This document shows positions 57,016-60,247 of a stretch of 60,247 nt of DNA, one piece after another. The stretch is from an uncultured Candidatus Saccharibacteria bacterium (GTDB lineage Bacteria; Patescibacteriota; Minisyncoccia; Phycocordibacterales; UBA9973): assembly GCA_964625065.1 (NCBI GenBank), contig CAZUZL010000006.1, positions 1 to 60,247 of the forward strand. The letters run 5' to 3'. Numbering within the stretch: the stretch's first letter is position 1; every line of letters starts with the position of its first letter. The notes beneath the pieces were generated by a model. The model saw only the letters and a list, made by a program, of their open reading frames with translations. It was not told the origin of the DNA and made no database searches. A program made the position numbers and the translations under genes.

Positions 57016-57048
57016 ACACAAGCATGCTACAAAGAGGATGTTGTGCGA
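57016..57048. repeat. promoter-proximal motif, copy 2
   Basis: ACACAAGCATGCTACAAAGAGGATGTTGTGCGA matches copy 3 at 30 of 33 positions. Confidence 0.7.
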
Positions 57049-57069
57049 CGCTTTTTAGGTATTACTTTA

Positions 57070-57405
57070 CTATGTAATAGACTTTAGTTCATCACATATT
57101 TCGAATATGTTTTTCCAGTTTGGGGAATTTCGGAATGCAACCAAAGTCCACTCGTTTGTGTTTTGTAAATCAATTATTTTATTTCTCAATAGGCTACTCA
57201 TTGCCATCTTTTTATTAGATATAAGGCCGGCATTTAATAGTTTAGTTAAGCTGTTAGAATGTAAAAATGTCACAACTTCTATACCAAACTCTTCAAATAT
57301 TTCATATTCTATTGTTTCATCATCTGCCTCTAATAAATACCTCCCACATCTATTTAAAGTGTTTAAATAAAGTTCGTATAATTCCGATATAGATATTTCG
57401 TTCAT
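57070..57405 (-). CDS. hypothetical cytoplasmic protein (111 aa), immunity-protein-like size and context
   Basis: Clean ORF flanked by motif copies 2 and 3. A TATAAT at 57424-57429 (minus strand) precedes it. No family recognised. Confidence 0.55.
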   Translation of the reverse strand: MNEISISELYELYLNTLNRCGRYLLEADDETIEYEIFEEFGIEVVTFLHSNSLTKLLNAGLISNKKMAMSSLLRNKIIDLQNTNEWTLVAFRNSPNWKNIFEICDELKSIT

Positions 57406-57437
57406 GTTATTAATTATTTTTTTATTATATTAGTACT

Positions 57438-57470
57438 ACACAAGCATGTTGTAAAGAGGATGTTGTGCGA
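57438..57470. repeat. promoter-proximal motif, copy 3
   Basis: ACACAAGCATGTTGTAAAGAGGATGTTGTGCGA lies 8 nt from the -10 of gene 57070..57405. Confidence 0.7.
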
Positions 57471-57490
57471 TAATTTTTTGGAGACTTTCT

Positions 57491-57523
57491 CAAAAAAACC
57501 CAGCCGACATAGTGTCAACCGGG
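57491..57523 (-). terminator. intrinsic terminator
   Basis: CCCGGTTGAC-ACTAT-GTCGGCTGGG (with G:U pairs) followed by T7 on the minus strand. Confidence 0.6.
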
Positions 57524-57721
57524 TTCTAAGGTATTATATTACCCTAAGTAACAAATTTCAGAAGAAAGGTAAGTCGTGCGTGGGGGGATGAGCCAATCTT
57601 CTATTACAAAATAAGAACTGAGTTAATATTAGCAAGGTACTCGATAAATAGCAAATTACGGGTATGACTTAGAGAGGCTGGCTATTCTAAATCTTTAAAT
57701 TTTTATTTAATATGCATAATT

Positions 57722-57754
57722 ACGTAAGTGTACCGTAAAGAGGGTTTTGTACGA
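57722..57754. repeat. promoter-proximal motif, copy 4 (diverged)
   Basis: ACGTAAGTGTACCGTAAAGAGGGTTTTGTACGA shares the central GTAAAGAGG and the terminal TTGT.CGA. Confidence 0.5.
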
Positions 57755-57768
57755 TAAATTAAGTTCAA

Positions 57769-57797
57769 TTGACATTATTTCATTTACCTATTATAGT
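57769..57797 (+). promoter_or_regulatory. sigma70-like promoter for 57828..58013
   Basis: TTGACA - 17 nt - TATAGT. Confidence 0.5.
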
Positions 57798-57827
57798 AAA
57801 ATTAACTCATAAATAGTTATTTTTAAT

Positions 57828-58013
57828 ATGTTAACATCTAAATTTATTGAACGATTGATAATTACTTCGTTCATTTTTCTTGAACTTTGTTTTATTGCTG
57901 CCGTATTTCCACAATTAAATAAATTCCGTATTGAAATATTTATCAGTGGGATTATTTCATTTCTAATCATAGTTATTTCATGGAATTATGCCCTCTATAA
58001 AGAGTACACATAA
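57828..58013 (+). CDS. small two-TM membrane protein (61 aa)
   Basis: Hydrophobic ORF between a consensus promoter and a terminator. Confidence 0.5.
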   Translation: MLTSKFIERLIITSFIFLELCFIAAVFPQLNKFRIEIFISGIISFLIIVISWNYALYKEYT

Positions 58014-58047
58014 TTTATATGAAATTAAACAACAAAAAATCAACTAG

Positions 58048-58076
58048 GGTCCAGTAATATTTGCTGGACCTTTTTA
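58048..58076 (+). terminator. intrinsic terminator
   Basis: GGTCCAG/CTGGACC stem plus T5. Confidence 0.6.
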
Positions 58077-58115
58077 AAATTACTGTGTTATGATAGGTTA
58101 AATATCTTTATAATT

Positions 58116-58460
58116 ATGAATACAATTATTTACAGCAAACGGTCAAATACTTATATTTACGCTCTTTTTATCAACATCCTGTATATAGTTGACAAGGCTA
58201 AAAATAAGAGAAACAGAAAATGTTCATATTTACCTAACAAAACCATTGTGTCATCTGAAGAACTAAGGTCGTATATTGACCTTAAGTTTAAGTCCATAGA
58301 AAAGAGAATGGACAATTTAGAGAAAAACATTAATGATTTTAAAGGTAGGCAGGAAAATTTAACTAAAAAACTTGATGCGATGACAAGAGATATCAAGCAA
58401 ATAAAAAATCAAATTACAGAATTGAATGAATTATTAGTTAATGATTCTGTCAGAGATTGA
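58116..58460 (+). CDS. hypothetical coiled-coil protein
   Basis: The C-terminal 70 aa are heptad-rich (IEKRMDNLEKNINDFKGRQENLTKKLDAMTRDIKQIKNQITELNELL). The true start is uncertain. Confidence 0.45.
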   Translation: MNTIIYSKRSNTYIYALFINILYIVDKAKNKRNRKCSYLPNKTIVSSEELRSYIDLKFKSIEKRMDNLEKNINDFKGRQENLTKKLDAMTRDIKQIKNQITELNELLVNDSVRD

Positions 58461-58475
58461 ACTCAAGTTTTTGTA

Positions 58476-58516
58476 AACCTAGAATATTGAAATGGTATTC
58501 TAGGTTTTATTTTTTA
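58476..58516 (+). terminator. intrinsic terminator
   Basis: AACCTAGAATA/TATTCTAGGTT stem plus T-run. Confidence 0.6.
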
Positions 58517-58591
58517 TAAGAAACATATTTGACATAAATTCGCAATCCCTTTATAGTATATTAGAACAACCTAACAAATCTTTAAATTAAT

Positions 58592-58786
58592 ATGATACAA
58601 GAAATTAGTAAATCAGACCGGCACAAAGAAAGAATTAAAGATAGAGATGGAATAAGTTCAATAAAACCAGAACATGATAATATCATTCTGGAGGTTAATA
58701 AAGAACTGGAAGAATTCCGCAGAGAATATAGAATTAAGAACAGAAAATCACAAATTTCTGCTGCTAATATCATTCTTACTGCTTAA
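58592..58786 (+). CDS. small charged hypothetical protein (64 aa)
   Basis: ORF followed by a terminator. No family recognised. Confidence 0.4.
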   Translation: MIQEISKSDRHKERIKDRDGISSIKPEHDNIILEVNKELEEFRREYRIKNRKSQISAANIILTA

Positions 58787-58796
58787 TTGTGCTTAA

Positions 58797-58835
58797 AAGC
58801 CCGTAATTATTTAAATTAATGGGCTTTTTAATTTT
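58797..58835 (+). terminator. intrinsic terminator
   Basis: AAGCCC...GGGCTT stem plus T-run. Confidence 0.55.
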
Positions 58836-58907
58836 GATTCTCAATCTTGTAAATATACTACCCTATTAAATAAAAAAGGGGGGTTACTCCCACCTTGTTT
58901 TATTTAT

Positions 58908-58926
58908 GCGGAACCGGCTGGATTCG
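58908..58926 (-). repeat. exact 19-nt copy of the tRNA-Ser 3' end (att-like)
   Basis: GCGGAACCGGCTGGATTCG is identical to 59127-59145. Confidence 0.85.
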
Positions 58927-59083
58927 CCCGCGCCTCTCGCCTCGTCGGACCACTCGACTCGGACTGGGCACCGCCTCACGATTTTTCTTGCTAGAAAAAT
59001 ATCGTTCCGGCGTTCGAAACCAGCACACAAGCCAACCCAGTAGGTCATTTTGAGAAATGAGCAGTTTACTTGTTCGGTTCCGC
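58908..59083 (-). ncRNA. GC-rich tRNA-like element / decayed tRNA-Ser copy with an insertion in the T-loop
   Basis: On the minus strand a 9-bp terminal helix forms (GCGGAACCG ... CGGTTCCGC). The T-stem halves GCTGG and CCAGC are separated by about 85 nt of hairpins that are flanked by CGAA duplications. The 5' half has the length of a class II tRNA, but no cloverleaf is recognisable. Confidence 0.35.
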
Positions 59084-59127
59084 GAACAAAAATGACCCGA
59101 CCAAAGTCGAGCTCGTTTTTGTAATCG

Positions 59128-59214
59128 CGGAACCGGCTGGATTCGAACCAGCGAGGGTTTTAACACCCTACATCTTTAGCAAAGATGGACCTTCAACCAC
59201 TCAGACACGGTTCC
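59128..59214 (-). tRNA. tRNA-Ser (GCT), class II
   Basis: It folds as GGAACCG-TG-..-CATCT-TTGCTAA-AGATG-long variable arm (GGGT-GTTAAA-ACCC)-GCTGG-TTCGAAT-CCAGC-CGGTTCC-G. A short hairpin plus T-run follows at about 59093-59120. Confidence 0.85.
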
Positions 59215-59226
59215 AAAAAGACTAAT

Positions 59227-59859
59227 TTACTTTAGCATACTTTTGTATTTTTTCCAGTCATTTATTTTTTGTAGATGTTTGTCGTTATTTGTGCCTATTT
59301 CTTGGATATATTTTAGAACATGTTCACTATTCTCAATTCGTACATCTTTTTTATCTTTTGTTATTCTTGCCTTATAACCAAATTCATTCAACGTATTTAA
59401 AACCGAAGAAATAAGAGGTTTAGATGCACTAGTGAAAGCAATTTTTAAGTATTTGTATTTCTTACCATTAGAAAAATATGTATTTGTATAAAAACACCCG
59501 TCTGTATCTATAAGACCACGCAGACATTCTTTAGAAAATTCTTTGTTTTCTTTTATCCAAATTGGTACATCTATTTGTTGCTTTACTTTATTACCTAAAA
59601 CTAAACCAATACTTTGGCAAAAATCAACAAGTTGCTTTCTTTGAACAACAATATCTATTGCGTTAGCATATTTTAATTTATGAATTTTTGGGTCAATTCT
59701 GAATAAGTGCTTAATTAATTTAACTATGTAATTTTTATATTTTACTTCTTTGTTTGAAAGAGTAATGTGTATGTGGTAAGGTGCCACACCACCGTCACCC
59801 AACATAATGCCTGTAAAGGAAGCTAGAAAATTATCTTTTTTAGGGATTCTTATTGGCAT
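59227..59859 (-). CDS. LAGLIDADG-family homing endonuclease domain protein
   Basis: Two LAGLIDADG-type motifs are present, FTGIMLGDGG and LRGLIDTDGCFY. The ORF is in frame with the upstream HTH ORF, across a single TGA. Confidence 0.75.
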   Translation of the reverse strand: MPIRIPKKDNFLASFTGIMLGDGGVAPYHIHITLSNKEVKYKNYIVKLIKHLFRIDPKIHKLKYANAIDIVVQRKQLVDFCQSIGLVLGNKVKQQIDVPIWIKENKEFSKECLRGLIDTDGCFYTNTYFSNGKKYKYLKIAFTSASKPLISSVLNTLNEFGYKARITKDKKDVRIENSEHVLKYIQEIGTNNDKHLQKINDWKKYKSMLK

Positions 59860-59907
59860 TAAAGACTGAAACCCGCGTGGATTTTTCTTGTATTTACCTG
59901 TTTGTTC

Positions 59908-60207
59908 TCACCATTCTTTCCATTTAGTTTTTCTATATTCTTCGTTTAATGCGACTTTGCCGTAAATTTTGATTCTATTTTTACCGCCCTTTCTGCCACT
60001 TTTTCTTAAACGTTCTTTTGTGTCTGTAATTGTATATGATGCAGGTATTGGTATTTTTGCTATTTTAGATATTTGTTTTACTGTGTTGTATGGTATTGTA
60101 AATTTTTCTCTTTTCCAATCAGAAACAGTTCTTGTGCTTATGCCAAGTTTTTCAGATAACTGGATGTTGTTTAAACCAGAATGTTCAATTACTTTTTCAA
60201 TAAACAT
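59908..60207 (-). CDS. helix-turn-helix DNA-binding protein, possibly the N-terminal part of the LAGLIDADG protein
   Basis: The motif LNNIQLSEKLGISTRTVSDWKREK is HTH-like. It ends at a TGA that is in frame with 59227..59859, 16 sense codons upstream of that ORF's Met. Confidence 0.6.
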   Translation of the reverse strand: MFIEKVIEHSGLNNIQLSEKLGISTRTVSDWKREKFTIPYNTVKQISKIAKIPIPASYTITDTKERLRKSGRKGGKNRIKIYGKVALNEEYRKTKWKEW

Positions 60208-60247
60208 TTTCTGAACGCCTTTTTTATCAAATTTTACCCTTTTATAT

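Larger units (their letters stand above)
52394..59145. mobile_element. putative genomic island integrated at tRNA-Ser(GCU); no recombinase gene seen
   Basis: Copies of the tRNA-Ser 3' end bound it (exact 19-mers at 59127-59145 and 58908-58926, and a 1-nt-deleted copy at 52394-52409). GC content is visibly lower than the flanks. The genes are small orphans on both strands, each with its own promoter and terminator. Confidence 0.55.

Noticed and set aside
58908-59127. tmRNA (ssrA) interpretation of the GC-rich tRNA-like element
   Set aside because: It is far too short (about 175 nt, against about 350). It has no G3:U70-type alanine identity, no plausible resume codon or tag ORF ending in a hydrophobic tail, and no intact T-arm.
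52394-59145. Integrase, transposase or conjugation genes inside the island
   Set aside because: I looked for them specifically (R..H..R..Y tyrosine-recombinase boxes, DDE or serine-recombinase motifs, relaxase motifs) in all island ORFs and found none. I report the absence as part of the finding rather than calling any ORF a recombinase.
58900-59166. 88-aa Arg-rich minus-strand ORF
   Set aside because: It overlaps the tRNA-Ser 3' end and the GC-rich tRNA-like element. Its arginine-rich translation is typical of reading through structured RNA.
59860-59910. Genome-wide TGA recoding (code 4 or 25, as in Gracilibacteria/Absconditabacteria)
   Set aside because: All long genes in the window are uninterrupted under the standard code, and at least two good ORFs (51901..52359 and 24822..25520) terminate at TGA. 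The in-frame TGA is therefore a local feature.

Overview
This is a 60.2-kb chromosomal segment from an AT-rich bacterium. Gene content suggests a small-genome Candidate Phyla Radiation / Patescibacteria (Parcubacteria-like) organism. That assignment is an inference from trimmed or fused housekeeping genes, a monoderm-type type IV pilus locus and S74-chaperone fibre proteins. The standard genetic code appears to apply, since TAA, TAG and a few TGA codons all terminate good ORFs.

Layout:
- 1-320: 5' end of a 16S rRNA gene on the minus strand, with a consensus-like promoter about 290 nt upstream.
- 0.8-12.7 kb: housekeeping genes. These are trmD, a KH protein, rpsP, RNase R, a PQQ-like propeller protein, a short SMC-like ATPase, rnc, a NusB-Nudix fusion, rpmF and thrS.
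- 12.9-15.0 kb: a low-GC patch of orphan genes.
- 15.1-23.7 kb: gyrB, two tandem paralogous surface fibre proteins with C-terminal intramolecular-chaperone (Peptidase S74-like) domains, a single-chain mitochondrial-type PheRS and a methyltransferase.
- 24.2-24.8 kb: three tRNAs (Asp-GTC, Met-CAT, initiator-like CAT).
- 25.6-29.3 kb: gatA, gatC and ligA.
- 29.3-41.7 kb: a 12-kb single-strand type IV pilus locus, reading pilM-N-O-x-pilB-CheY-pilT-pilC, three pilins, pilD and four pseudopilins. A divergent comF-like gene follows.
- 42.4-52.4 kb: membrane and envelope genes (CPBP protease, DUF2207), an Mqo-like flavoprotein and a 1386-aa LamG/SGNH/PG-binding surface protein.
- 52.4-59.1 kb: a visibly lower-GC island attached to tRNA-Ser(GCU).
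- 59.2-60.2 kb: an HTH ORF and a LAGLIDADG endonuclease ORF, separated by one in-frame TGA.

The island is the best candidate for something new. Repeats of the tRNA 3' end bound it, and it carries no recombinase. Its contents are small self-contained cassettes, some immunity-protein-like, that share promoter-proximal sequence motifs and a roughly 105-nt upstream repeat.
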